From NCBI GenBank assembly GCA_951813575.1, contig OX638375.1, positions 3,731,330 to 3,795,329 of the forward strand: a DNA stretch of 64,000 nucleotides, written 5' to 3'. Below, in pieces: positions 27,792-37,244 of the stretch (the first letter of the stretch is position 1; each line of letters begins with the position of its first letter). A program made the translations under genes and the position numbers. The stretch is from Candidatus Binatia bacterium. Lineage in GTDB: Bacteria > Desulfobacterota > Binatia > UBA9968 > JAJDTQ01. Under the pieces are notes generated by a model that was not told the DNA's origin, did no database searches, and was given only the letters and a program-made list of their open reading frames with translations.

Positions 27792-29084
27792 ATGCAAACC
27801 GATGAAGCCACGTTGCAGAAGGTCTTTTCCCACATCGACCGGGAGGAGCTGGCCCAGTTGGCCATGGACGTCGTCAACTTTCCCACGCCCACCGGGAGCG
27901 AGGAGGAGGTGGCGCGGTTCATCCACGACTGGCTCCAGAAGCAGGGCATCGAGACCTTCCTTCAGCACACCGAGCCCGGTCGCGCCAACGTGGTGGGGGT
28001 GATCCCGGGAACGGGCGGCGGTCCGACGCTGCTCTTCAACGGGCACATGGACACGGCCCTGTCGGGCGGGCAGGAGGATCTCTGGATCACCGGCAGCACC
28101 CGGCCCGAGTGGCAGGCGCTGGCCCGGCGGGAGGACGACGTCATCTACGGCAGCGGCATCGTCAACGACAAGGGGCCGCTCACCTGCACCTTGGCCATGG
28201 CCAAGGCGCTCAAGGAGAGCGGCGTCCGGCTCAAGGGCGATGTCATCGTCACCGGCGTGGCGGGCGAGATCGGGCGCTCGCCGGTGGACCACTACCAGGG
28301 CCCCGCCTACCGCGGCAAGGGGCACGGCGCGCGCTACCTGGTGACCCACGGCGTGGTGGGGGACTACTGCATCGTGGTGGAGCCCTCCCAGTTCCGCATC
28401 ACCTGGGCCCAGTGCGGCGCCGTGTTCATCAAGATCACCACCTACGGCGAGCCCATGTACGGGCCCTTCGTGGACCATCCGGTGGCGGCGAAGGACAGCA
28501 AGAACGCGGTGGTGCGCATGGCCTCCATCATCCCGGCGCTGGAGGAATGGGCGCGGCGCTACGAGCAGGAGCACCGCTACGAGTTCGGCGCCGGCACCAT
28601 GGTCCCCAAGGTCAACATCGGTTCGATCTTCGGCGGCGCGCCGTTCAAGCCCAACTTCTCCCCGGCCATCTGCAACCTCTACGTCGAGGCCTTCATGAAC
28701 CCGGAGCAACGCGCCGTCGACGTGCTGCGGGAGGTGCGGGCGGTCCTCGCGGACACGGACATCGAGGCCAAGTCCTCGCTCTTTCTGTCGGTCAACGGCT
28801 ACGAGTCCAAGGGCGCCGAGCCGTTGGTGTCGACCATGGAGGAAGCCCACGAGTACGTCCGCGGCCGCAAGGTGGAGCCCATCCGCAGCGCCTTCACCAG
28901 CACCTACGCGGACCTCACCGTGTTCGCGGAGGTGGGCATTCCGGCCATCAAGTGCGGCCCGGCGCCGGAAGCCGCCGACGCCAAGCCGGCCACCAGCGAG
29001 ATGCAGAAGGTGGAGGATCTCGAGGCCGCCGCGCGGATGTACGCGTTCGCCGCCCTGGAGATCGCCAACCGGGACCGGGCGTGA
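27792..29084 (+). CDS. M20-family metallo-amidase (ArgE/DapE-like, atypical ligands)
   Basis: FNGHMDT, NDKG, VVEP, dimerisation domain. Confidence 0.85.
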   Translation: MQTDEATLQKVFSHIDREELAQLAMDVVNFPTPTGSEEEVARFIHDWLQKQGIETFLQHTEPGRANVVGVIPGTGGGPTLLFNGHMDTALSGGQEDLWITGSTRPEWQALARREDDVIYGSGIVNDKGPLTCTLAMAKALKESGVRLKGDVIVTGVAGEIGRSPVDHYQGPAYRGKGHGARYLVTHGVVGDYCIVVEPSQFRITWAQCGAVFIKITTYGEPMYGPFVDHPVAAKDSKNAVVRMASIIPALEEWARRYEQEHRYEFGAGTMVPKVNIGSIFGGAPFKPNFSPAICNLYVEAFMNPEQRAVDVLREVRAVLADTDIEAKSSLFLSVNGYESKGAEPLVSTMEEAHEYVRGRKVEPIRSAFTSTYADLTVFAEVGIPAIKCGPAPEAADAKPATSEMQKVEDLEAAARMYAFAALEIANRDRA

Positions 29085-29155
29085 AGAGGTGGTGGCGGCG
29101 CTAGGCAGTTTGGCATAAGATTTCGTATTCAAGACGCTACGGAAAGGAGCCTTCC

Positions 29156-30250
29156 ATGAGCATCGATACGGGCCTTTACCGCCGGACCTTCAGGGGCACC
29201 GGCGGGGTCGCCACCGACGAGATTCTGTTCTCATCCGATTCCCATGTGATGGAGCCCGCGGACACGTTGGTGAGCCGGGTTCCGCAAGCCATGCGCGATG
29301 CCGCGCCGCGTTTTCCCGAGCTGAAAGTGGGGGAGGGGTTCCAGACCCATCCCGGAGGGTCGGACCCCAAGGCCCGGCTCAAGGAGATGGCGGTGGACGG
29401 GGTCAGCGCCGAGGTGCTGTATCCCACCTACTCGCTGAGCCTGTTCTCGCAGGAAGATGTCGCGCTCCACGAGGCGTCCTGCCGGGCCTATAACGACTGG
29501 CTCATCGAATACTGCCAGGTGGATCTGGACCGGCTCGTGGGCGTGCCGATGATCGCCACCTTCAACATCGACCATGCGGTGGCGGAGCTGGAGCGCTGCA
29601 AGAGGGCGGGGCTCCGGGGAGCGCTGATATGGCAAGTGCCGCCGACGGAGTTGTCCTTTGCAACGGACCACTACGAGCGCTTCTGGGCCGCCGCCCAGGA
29701 GATGGAGATGCCCGTCAGCGTGCACATCCTCACGGGCTTCGGCTACGTCAAGACGCGTTATGACCGCAAGGGCCTGGAACGCTACCGGGGCAGCGTCAAC
29801 CTCAAGCTGGCGGAAATCATCGACAGCCTGATGGACATCATCTTCTCGGGCGTGCTGGAACGCTACCCGCGCCTCAAGATCGTGCTGGTGGAGAACGAGA
29901 TCGGCTGGCTGCCGTACGTGCTGGAGCAGTGGGACTACTACTTCGACCGCCACCGCCCCACGGACCCGTTGACCATCGACAAGCTGCCCACCGAGTACTT
30001 CAACCGGCAGGTCTTCGCCACCTTCTTCAACGACGCCGTGGGCGCCCGCAACCTGGTCTGGTGGGGGCATGACAACTGCATGTGGTCCAACGACTTCCCC
30101 CACGCCAACTCCACCTGGCCGCACTCGCGGGACGTGGTGGCGCGGGACCTGGGTCATCTGCCCGACGACGTGCGCGCCAAGCTGCTGCGAGACAACGTGG
30201 CCCGGCTGTACAACATGCCGGTGCCCGCGGCCATGGCCGTGGAGGCCTAG
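29156..30250 (+). CDS. Amidohydrolase_2-family protein
   Basis: SSDSHV, VLYPT, PVSVHI, VENEIGW, WSNDFPH. Confidence 0.88.
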   Translation: MSIDTGLYRRTFRGTGGVATDEILFSSDSHVMEPADTLVSRVPQAMRDAAPRFPELKVGEGFQTHPGGSDPKARLKEMAVDGVSAEVLYPTYSLSLFSQEDVALHEASCRAYNDWLIEYCQVDLDRLVGVPMIATFNIDHAVAELERCKRAGLRGALIWQVPPTELSFATDHYERFWAAAQEMEMPVSVHILTGFGYVKTRYDRKGLERYRGSVNLKLAEIIDSLMDIIFSGVLERYPRLKIVLVENEIGWLPYVLEQWDYYFDRHRPTDPLTIDKLPTEYFNRQVFATFFNDAVGARNLVWWGHDNCMWSNDFPHANSTWPHSRDVVARDLGHLPDDVRAKLLRDNVARLYNMPVPAAMAVEA

Positions 30251-30257
30251 CTAGCGT

Positions 30258-30323
30258 CCTTCGACTTCGCTTCGCTGGCGCTCAGGACGAACGGCTCAAT
30301 TGTTCTCAGGACCGTTCGTCCTG
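30258..30323. repeat. REP-like inverted pair
   Basis: CCTTCGACTTCG...CTCAGGACGAACGG; CAGGACGAACGG (30283-30294) is inverted against CCGTTCGTCCTG (30312-30323). Confidence 0.5.
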
Positions 30324-31795
30324 GGCCCTTCGGCCGTGTCCGGTTCCTTCCCCAGCGCCAGCGAGAACCCGGGTTTGCGGATGTACACTTGGGTGTACTC
30401 CTGCTGCTTGGTGAGTTCGTTGATGAGGCGCACCAGCGGCTGGCTCGCGCTCAGGTATTCCCGGGGCCGGCCCGCGTTCTGCAACTCCTCTACCGCCTCA
30501 TCCCCCGCGAACACGCGTAGTATTAGTTCTTCATCGGAAATGGAGGAGTTGCCGAGTTGCGTCCGGACCTCCTTCAGCGACGGGTCCGGTTGCTCCCATC
30601 CCTCCCACGCCTTGGCCCGGGGCCGCCCGAGGATGCGGTCCTTGACGTCGGGGTCCATGAGCTCGGCGCCTTCCCGGCCCCAGATGCCCAGGGCGTACTG
30701 GATGGACTGGTCCGAGACCTGCTTGTAGCGTTCCCCGAGGATGATGTTGAAGGCGGCCTGGGTCCCCACGAACTGGGACAGGGGCGTCACCATGATGGGA
30801 TAGCCCCACTCCGCGCGTATCCGCGCGGCCTCCTCCAGCGCCGCCGGCAGCTTGTCCTCCATGCCCACGAGACGGAGCTGGTGCACGAAATTGGAGATCA
30901 TGCCGCCGGGCACCTGGTGGGCGTAGACGGACTGGTCGAAGGCCGCGGGCGCACCCATCGGCAGCCGGTCCCGTTTGGCCACGAAGGTGAAGTGCTCCTG
31001 TACGGGCTTCAGCACCTCCTCGTCCACCGGCACCTTGTAACCCAGGGTCCGGAGGTTCTGCGCCATGTTGAAGACCGACGGCTGGGCCGACCCGTTGGCC
31101 AGGGGCGGCACGCCGGTGTGGATGGTGGTCATGCCGAGCTTGATGGCCTCGATATAGTTGAGCGGCGCCAGTCCGTTGTTGCAGTGGGCGTGGAATTCCA
31201 CCGGCGTGTCGCCGACGTTGTCCAGCACGATGGGCACCAGCGTCCGTGTCCGCTCGGGAGTGAGCAGGCCGCCCACGTCCTTGAAGCAGATGCGGTAGGG
31301 CTTCATGGCCGCGGCCTCACGGGTCTTGCGTGCGTAGTATTCGTCGGTGTGTCGCGGCGACTCCGAGTAGATCAGGTTCACGACGGCGTCCACGCCCAGC
31401 CTGCCCAGTTCGTCCACGTCGTCCTTGAACACGGTGTAGTCGTTCCAGGGGTTCGATGTGCGGGTGAGCCGGATGCCGCTGTCGACGACATGCTGGACCA
31501 CGAGCCGGGCCACCGCCGTCGGCTTCTTCTCCAGCCCGCCCTTCACGCCCCCGTGGAGCCGGAGCGGGGTGTTGCGCGCGCGCCGGGCGCCCTCCCGCAA
31601 CCAGTGCCAGGGGTCCTCCTTGTGCTCGCGCACGTACTTCTTGATCATCGTGGCGCTGAAGAACTCCATGGACTCGAAGCCCGCCTGGTCCATGCGCTCG
31701 ATGGCCTCGAGCATGGCCGCGGTCTTCATGTTGAAGGCCCACAGGCTCTGGTTACCGTCGCGCAGGGTGGTGTCGACAAATTTTACGTCGCTCAT
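30296..31795 (-). CDS. Stand-alone pyruvate-carboxylase/OadA-type carboxyltransferase, copy 1
   Basis: DTTLRDGNQS, ICFKDVGG, FHAHCNNG, HQVPGG, MVTPLSQ; no biotinyl domain. Confidence 0.85.
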   Translation of the reverse strand: MSDVKFVDTTLRDGNQSLWAFNMKTAAMLEAIERMDQAGFESMEFFSATMIKKYVREHKEDPWHWLREGARRARNTPLRLHGGVKGGLEKKPTAVARLVVQHVVDSGIRLTRTSNPWNDYTVFKDDVDELGRLGVDAVVNLIYSESPRHTDEYYARKTREAAAMKPYRICFKDVGGLLTPERTRTLVPIVLDNVGDTPVEFHAHCNNGLAPLNYIEAIKLGMTTIHTGVPPLANGSAQPSVFNMAQNLRTLGYKVPVDEEVLKPVQEHFTFVAKRDRLPMGAPAAFDQSVYAHQVPGGMISNFVHQLRLVGMEDKLPAALEEAARIRAEWGYPIMVTPLSQFVGTQAAFNIILGERYKQVSDQSIQYALGIWGREGAELMDPDVKDRILGRPRAKAWEGWEQPDPSLKEVRTQLGNSSISDEELILRVFAGDEAVEELQNAGRPREYLSASQPLVRLINELTKQQEYTQVYIRKPGFSLALGKEPDTAEGPRTNGPENN

Positions 31796-31803
31796 CGGTC
31801 TCC

Positions 31804-33288
31804 TCAGGTCGCGGCCTCGTCCGCCACGTCTCCGTTGTCGTTCCGCCCCAGGGTGAGGGAGAAGTCCGGCTTGCGGATGTAGACCTGGGTATATTCCTGC
31901 TGCCGCGTGAGCTCGTTGATGAGCCGCACCAGCGGCTGGCTGGCGCTCAGGTACTCCCGGGGCCGGCCAGCGTTCTGCAGCGCCTCCACCGCCTCGTCCC
32001 CCGCGTACACCCGCATGATCAACTCCTCGTCCGACAACGACGACCCGATCTGCGCCCGGACCTCCTTGAGCGACGGGTCCGGCTGCTCCCAATTCTCCCA
32101 GGCCTTGGCCCGCGGCCGTCCCAGGATGCGATCCTTCACGTCCGGGTCCATGTACTCGGCGCCCTGCCGCCCCCAGATGCCCAGGGCGTACTGGATGGAC
32201 TGGTCGGTGACCTGCTTGTAGCGTTCTCCCATGATGACGTTGATGGCCGCCTGGGTACCCACGAACTGGGACAACGGCGTGACCATGATGGGATAGCCCC
32301 ACTCTTCGCGCACCCGCGCGGCCTCCTCCAGCGCCGCCGGCAGCTTGTCCTCCATGCCCACGAGCTTGAGCTGGTGCACGAAGTTGGAGATCATGCCGCC
32401 GGGCACCTGGTGGCCGTAGACGGACTGGTCGAAGGCTCGGGGCGCCCCTATGGGCAGCCCGTCCCGCTTGGCCACGAAGGTGAAATGCTCCCGCACCGGC
32501 TCCAGCGCCTTCTCGTCCACCGACGCTGTGTGGCCCATGGCGCGCACGTTCCTGAGCATGTTGAAGATCGAGGGCTGGGCCGAACCGTTGGCCAGGGGCG
32601 GCACGCTGGTGTGGATGGTGGTCATGCCGAGCTTGATGGCTTCCAGGTAGTTGAGCGGCGCCAGGCCGTTGTTGCAGTGGGCGTGGAACTCCACGGGGAT
32701 GTCGCCGATGTTCTCCAGCACGATGGGCACCAGCGTGCGGGTGCGCTCCGGAGTCAGCATTCCGCCCACGTCCTTGAAGCAGATGCGGTAGGGCTTCAGG
32801 GCCGCGGCTTCCCGGGCCTTCTGGGCGTAGTACTCGTCGGTGTGCCGTGGCGATACCGAGTAGATGATGTTTGCCACGGCATCCATGCCCAGCTCGCGCA
32901 GGTCGTCCACCTCCTGCTTGAACACCGAGTAGTCGTTCCACGGGTTGGAGTTGCGCGTCAGGCGGATGCCGTTGTCCACCAGGTGACTGACCACCAGCTT
33001 GGCTACCGACGTGGGCTTCTTCTCCAGCCCGCCCCGGATGCTGCCGTGCATCCGCAGGGAGGTGTTGCGGGCGCGCTTGGTGCCTTCGCGGATCCAGCGC
33101 CACGGGTTCTCCTTGTGCTCGCGCACGTACTTCTTGATCATGGTGGCGCTGAAGAACTCCATGGACTCGAAGCCCGCCCGGTCCATGCCTTCTATGGCCT
33201 CCAGCATGGCCGCGGTCCTCATGTTGTAGGCCCACAGGCTCTGGTTGCCGTCCCGCAGCGTGGTGTCCACGAATGTGACGTCGCTCAT
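31804..33288 (-). CDS. Stand-alone carboxyltransferase, copy 2
   Basis: Same motifs; GGAG SD. Confidence 0.85.
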   Translation of the reverse strand: MSDVTFVDTTLRDGNQSLWAYNMRTAAMLEAIEGMDRAGFESMEFFSATMIKKYVREHKENPWRWIREGTKRARNTSLRMHGSIRGGLEKKPTSVAKLVVSHLVDNGIRLTRNSNPWNDYSVFKQEVDDLRELGMDAVANIIYSVSPRHTDEYYAQKAREAAALKPYRICFKDVGGMLTPERTRTLVPIVLENIGDIPVEFHAHCNNGLAPLNYLEAIKLGMTTIHTSVPPLANGSAQPSIFNMLRNVRAMGHTASVDEKALEPVREHFTFVAKRDGLPIGAPRAFDQSVYGHQVPGGMISNFVHQLKLVGMEDKLPAALEEAARVREEWGYPIMVTPLSQFVGTQAAINVIMGERYKQVTDQSIQYALGIWGRQGAEYMDPDVKDRILGRPRAKAWENWEQPDPSLKEVRAQIGSSLSDEELIMRVYAGDEAVEALQNAGRPREYLSASQPLVRLINELTRQQEYTQVYIRKPDFSLTLGRNDNGDVADEAAT

Positions 33289-33295
33289 GGTTTCC

Positions 33296-34783
33296 TCAGT
33301 CGGCGGCCGTCTCGGCCCCGTCTCCGTCGGCGCTCCGCCCCAGGGTCAGAGAGAAGCCCGGCTTGCGGATGTACACCTGGGTGTATTCTTTCTGTTTGGT
33401 CAGCTCGTTGATGAGCCGCACCAGGGGCTGGCGCGCGCTCAGGTACTCGCGCGGGCGGCCGGACTCCATCATGGTCTTGACCTCGTCCACGCCGGCGTAA
33501 ACCCGCAGCACCAGTTCCTCGTCGGAAATCGACTGCCCGCCCAACTGGGACCGGAGCTCGGCCAGCGACGGCTCCGGCTGCTCCCAGTCGGTCCACGCCT
33601 TGGCCCGGGGCCGGCCGAGGATCTTGTCCTTGACGTCGGGGTCCATGAGCTCCGCGCCCTCGCGGCCCCAGATGCCCAAGGCGTACTGGATGGACTGGTC
33701 CGCCACCTCCTTGTAGCGCTCTCCCAGGATGACGTTGAAAGCCGCCTGGGTGCCGACGAACTGGGACAGCGGCGTCACCATGATGGGGTAGCCCCACTCG
33801 CCGCGCACCCGCGCGGCCTCCTCCAGCGCCGCCGGCAGCTTGTCCTCCATGCCCACGAGCTTGAGCTGGTGCACGAAGTTGGAGATCATGCCGCCGGGGA
33901 CCTGGTGCAGGTACTGGCCGTGGTTGTATTCCACGGGCTTGCCGATGGGGAGGCCGTCGCGCCGGGCCACGTAGGTGAAGTGCTCCTCCACCGGCCGCAG
34001 CACCTCCTCGTCCACCAGTGGCGTATGGCCCGTGGCGCGGATGTTCCGCACCATGTTGAAAATGGAGGGCTGCGCCGAGGCGTTGGCCAGCGGCGGCACG
34101 CTGGTGTGGATGGTGGTCATGCCGAGCTCGATGGCTTCGAGGTAGTTGAGCGGCGCCAGCCCGTTGTTGCAGTGGGCGTGGAACTCCACCGGGGTGTCGC
34201 CGATGTTCTCCAGCACCAGCGGCACCAGCGTCCGGGTGCGCTCGGGCGTGAGCAGGCCGCCCACGTCCTTGAAGCAGATGCCGTAGGGCTTGATGGCCGC
34301 GGCTTCCCGGGCCTTTTGGGCATAGTACTCGTCGGTGTGCCTGGGCGACACCGAGTAGATCAGGTTGACGACGCACTCCATGCCCAGCTCACGCAGCCCC
34401 TTCACCTCCTCGCCGAAGACGTCGTAGTCGTTCCAGGAGTTGGACGTGCGCGTGAGCGTGATGCCACTGTCCACCACCTTCTGGATGATGAGCCGAAGTA
34501 TCGACGACGGCTTCTTCTCAAGCCCTCCCTTCAGGCCGCCGTGGAGGCGCAACTCGGTCTTGCGGAGCCGCTTGGTGCCCTCCCGGAGCCAGTCCCACGG
34601 GTTCTCCTTGTGCTCCCGCACGTACTTCTTGAACATGTTGGTGACGAAGAACTCCATGGACTCGAAGCCCGCCTGGTCCATCTGCTCGGCGGTCTCCACC
34701 ATGGCCGCGGTCTTCATGTTGAGCGCCCAAAGGCTCTGGTTGCCGTCCCGCAGGGTCGTGTCGATGAATCGGATATCGCTCAT
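33296..34783 (-). CDS. Stand-alone carboxyltransferase, copy 3
   Basis: Same motifs; GGGAG SD. Confidence 0.85.
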   Translation of the reverse strand: MSDIRFIDTTLRDGNQSLWALNMKTAAMVETAEQMDQAGFESMEFFVTNMFKKYVREHKENPWDWLREGTKRLRKTELRLHGGLKGGLEKKPSSILRLIIQKVVDSGITLTRTSNSWNDYDVFGEEVKGLRELGMECVVNLIYSVSPRHTDEYYAQKAREAAAIKPYGICFKDVGGLLTPERTRTLVPLVLENIGDTPVEFHAHCNNGLAPLNYLEAIELGMTTIHTSVPPLANASAQPSIFNMVRNIRATGHTPLVDEEVLRPVEEHFTYVARRDGLPIGKPVEYNHGQYLHQVPGGMISNFVHQLKLVGMEDKLPAALEEAARVRGEWGYPIMVTPLSQFVGTQAAFNVILGERYKEVADQSIQYALGIWGREGAELMDPDVKDKILGRPRAKAWTDWEQPEPSLAELRSQLGGQSISDEELVLRVYAGVDEVKTMMESGRPREYLSARQPLVRLINELTKQKEYTQVYIRKPGFSLTLGRSADGDGAETAAD

Positions 34784-34956
34784 GTCGTCTCCCGAAAGAA
34801 GCGTTGGTGCAGACTGCTCATAGTGGCTTGAATGCAAAGACGGGTCAAGGCGAGCCCCATGAAGGAGGGGAGGGGCGAGGAGGATCGTTACATGGTAGAT
34901 ATGCTGTCCAATTCATCCGACTATCCCAAGCCGGACACGTTCAAGGGAGGAAAGTA

Positions 34957-36267
34957 GTGACGGAACAGCAATCTCAACCGGTGGAGGAACGCATCCTCCG
35001 ACTCCTCCGACGTCTCGGTATCGACAGGGCCCACATGGCCGCCTACCTCCCGGGCGACTGGGGCGGGTTGCTGGAGCGCTACCCGTCCGCGGTGGCGTCG
35101 CTGAACCTCATCTGCCCCCGGGGGGTCAAGACCGAGGTGCTCCGTCCCCATGCCCGCAGGGTGCTGATCGTGTCCGGCGACGGCGGCAATGGCGTGGCCG
35201 ATCTGATGCGCGCGGTCGATGACCTCCCGGGCGTCACCCTGACCATGCTGCGCGACTACTTCAGCCGCATGTGGGCGGATATCATGGTGGACCGCAGGGG
35301 CGAGGTACGGTCGGCAATGCTGGAGTTTCTGGCGCTTCGAGACGATGAGAATCCGCTTCCGTCCGTTCAGTTGCCGGAAGGGGAGGGGGAGGAGGCCGGC
35401 ATCTCGTACACGGTGAAGGGCACGGGGCCGCCGCTGCTGCTGTTCCCGCTGGGGCTGGCGGCGTCGCAGTGGGACCCTCTGCTGCCCGCTCTCGCCGAAC
35501 GCTACACCACCATCACGGTGGGAGGCCGCTACGTCGGCATGGTGGCGTTTCTGGAGACCCGCGGTCCCGGCTACCTCCGCGCGGTGCGGACCGTGGTGGA
35601 CGAAGTAGGGCTCGAGCCCGGCCAGACGGTGCTGGAGGTGGGCTGCGGCGCCGGCACGGTGGCCCGCTGGCTGGCTCGCTACACGGAGAAACGGAATCCC
35701 GTCGTGGGGGCGGACATCAACGCCTATCTTCTCCGCGAGGCCTCGAAGCTGGCCGCCGCCGAAGGGCTCGATGAAGTCATCGAATGGCGGAGCGCCAACG
35801 GCGAGGGGCTGCCGTTCGCGGACGGACGCTTCGACGCCACCATGGCGTTCACGGTCATGGAGGAAGGGGACGCCGACGCCATGCTGGCCCAGCTTGTCCG
35901 GGTCACCCGGCCCGGCGGCAAGGTGGCGGCGATCGTCCGTTCCCTGGACATGCCCTGGTGGGTCAACCTGCCGCTGCCGCCGGATCTCAGGCACAAGGCC
36001 CAGACCGGTATGGGCGACGTGGTGGAGGGCGGGTGCGCGGACGCGAGCCTGTACGGGCGCATGGAGCGGGCCGGACTCAAGGACGTGGTCATGCTGCCGC
36101 AGTACGCCACGTACGCGTCGGGAGAGCGCCTGCAACAGCAGCAGGAACGCATGGCTTCCCGGCTCACGCCGAAGGAAGCCGAGGAATGGCGTCAGGCCAT
36201 CGCCGCCGCCGGCAATCAGTTCTTCATCTCACAGCCGTTCCACTCGGCCGTGGGCACCAGGCCGTGA
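34957..36267 (+). CDS. Alpha/beta-hydrolase-like domain fused to a class I SAM methyltransferase
   Basis: VLEVGCGAG, GADIN, LPFADGRFD, RVTRPGG; GGGAGG SD before the GTG. Confidence 0.82.
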   Translation: MTEQQSQPVEERILRLLRRLGIDRAHMAAYLPGDWGGLLERYPSAVASLNLICPRGVKTEVLRPHARRVLIVSGDGGNGVADLMRAVDDLPGVTLTMLRDYFSRMWADIMVDRRGEVRSAMLEFLALRDDENPLPSVQLPEGEGEEAGISYTVKGTGPPLLLFPLGLAASQWDPLLPALAERYTTITVGGRYVGMVAFLETRGPGYLRAVRTVVDEVGLEPGQTVLEVGCGAGTVARWLARYTEKRNPVVGADINAYLLREASKLAAAEGLDEVIEWRSANGEGLPFADGRFDATMAFTVMEEGDADAMLAQLVRVTRPGGKVAAIVRSLDMPWWVNLPLPPDLRHKAQTGMGDVVEGGCADASLYGRMERAGLKDVVMLPQYATYASGERLQQQQERMASRLTPKEAEEWRQAIAAAGNQFFISQPFHSAVGTRP

Positions 36268-36289
36268 TCCGGCAAGGGTCGCCCGCTTC

Positions 36290-36319
36290 TTGACATCTGC
36301 CCCGAACACACCATATGTT
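36290..36319 (+). promoter_or_regulatory. Sigma-70-type promoter, probably leaderless
   Basis: TTGACA-N18-TATGTT ending 6 nt before the GTG at 36326. Confidence 0.5.
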
Positions 36320-36325
36320 GTGGTG

Positions 36326-37189
36326 GTGTCACGCATCGGTACTACAGGGAGGACATGGTGGTCGGTGCGGGCGACCGTTTGCCTGGCGGTCCTGTTCGTG
36401 TTGCTGCCGTCGGGCCCGACGCAATCGGCGGAGCCGACCGTTCATCTCGAGGGTCCACGAGTGCAGGGCGGCCTGCTGCGCGGACGCGTGGTTCCGGGTT
36501 CCACCGTGAAATTCGAGGGCGAACGGGTGCGGGTCTCGAAGGACGGCTGGTTCCTCATCGGGTTCGGGCGCGAGGCGTCGCCGAAAGCCGTTCTGTCGGT
36601 GGTTTTTCCGGACGGCCGGCGCCAGCGGTTCGGGCTGTCGGTGAAGTCCCGCAAGTACCGCATCCAGCGCATCGACGGGTTGCCGCCCGGCAAGGTAACG
36701 CCCAGCAAGGAGGAGCTCAAGCGCATCCGCAGGGAAGTCGCCCTGGTGAAGCGGGCGCGCAAGATCGATGACCCGCGCACCGACTTCCTCGGAGGTTTCC
36801 GCTGGCCGGTGAAGGGCATCATCAGCGGCGTCTACGGCTCCCAGCGTATCCTGAACGGCCAGCCGCGGCAGCCCCACTACGGCATCGACATCGCCGCGCC
36901 CAGGGGCACCCGTGTGGTGGCCCCCGCCGCCGGCGTGGTTACCCTGGCCCACCCCGACATGTACTTTTCCGGCGGTACCATGATGGTCGACCACGGCCAC
37001 GGCCTGCAGTCGGCTTTCCTCCACCTGTCCCGTTTCCTGGTCAAGAAGGGCCAGCGGGTAAAGCAGGGACAACCCATCGCCGAGGTCGGCTCCACCGGCC
37101 GGTCGACGGGACCTCACCTCGATTGGCGCGTCAACCTGTTCAGCCGCCGTCTGGACGCCGCGCTGCTGGTGGGGCCGATGCCGAAGTAG
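36326..37189 (+). CDS. Exported M23-family metallopeptidase
   Basis: HYGID, HGHGLQSAFLH, STGPHLDW; signal peptide. Confidence 0.9.
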   Translation: MSRIGTTGRTWWSVRATVCLAVLFVLLPSGPTQSAEPTVHLEGPRVQGGLLRGRVVPGSTVKFEGERVRVSKDGWFLIGFGREASPKAVLSVVFPDGRRQRFGLSVKSRKYRIQRIDGLPPGKVTPSKEELKRIRREVALVKRARKIDDPRTDFLGGFRWPVKGIISGVYGSQRILNGQPRQPHYGIDIAAPRGTRVVAPAAGVVTLAHPDMYFSGGTMMVDHGHGLQSAFLHLSRFLVKKGQRVKQGQPIAEVGSTGRSTGPHLDWRVNLFSRRLDAALLVGPMPK

Positions 37190-37244
37190 AACCGCGCTCG
37201 GCTTCTTCTCTCCGGAACGCACGCCGGGTCGCGCGCTTCGCCCC

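Noticed and set aside
29110-29126. TGGCATAAGATTTCG as a sigma-54 promoter
   Set aside because: The -12 position reads CG rather than GC; too weak to call.
30296-33235. 979-aa ORF suggesting a fusion of two carboxyltransferases
   Set aside because: The upstream half is an off-frame read-through of copy 2. Copy 2 has its own stop at 31804 and copy 1 has an SD and ATG at 31795.
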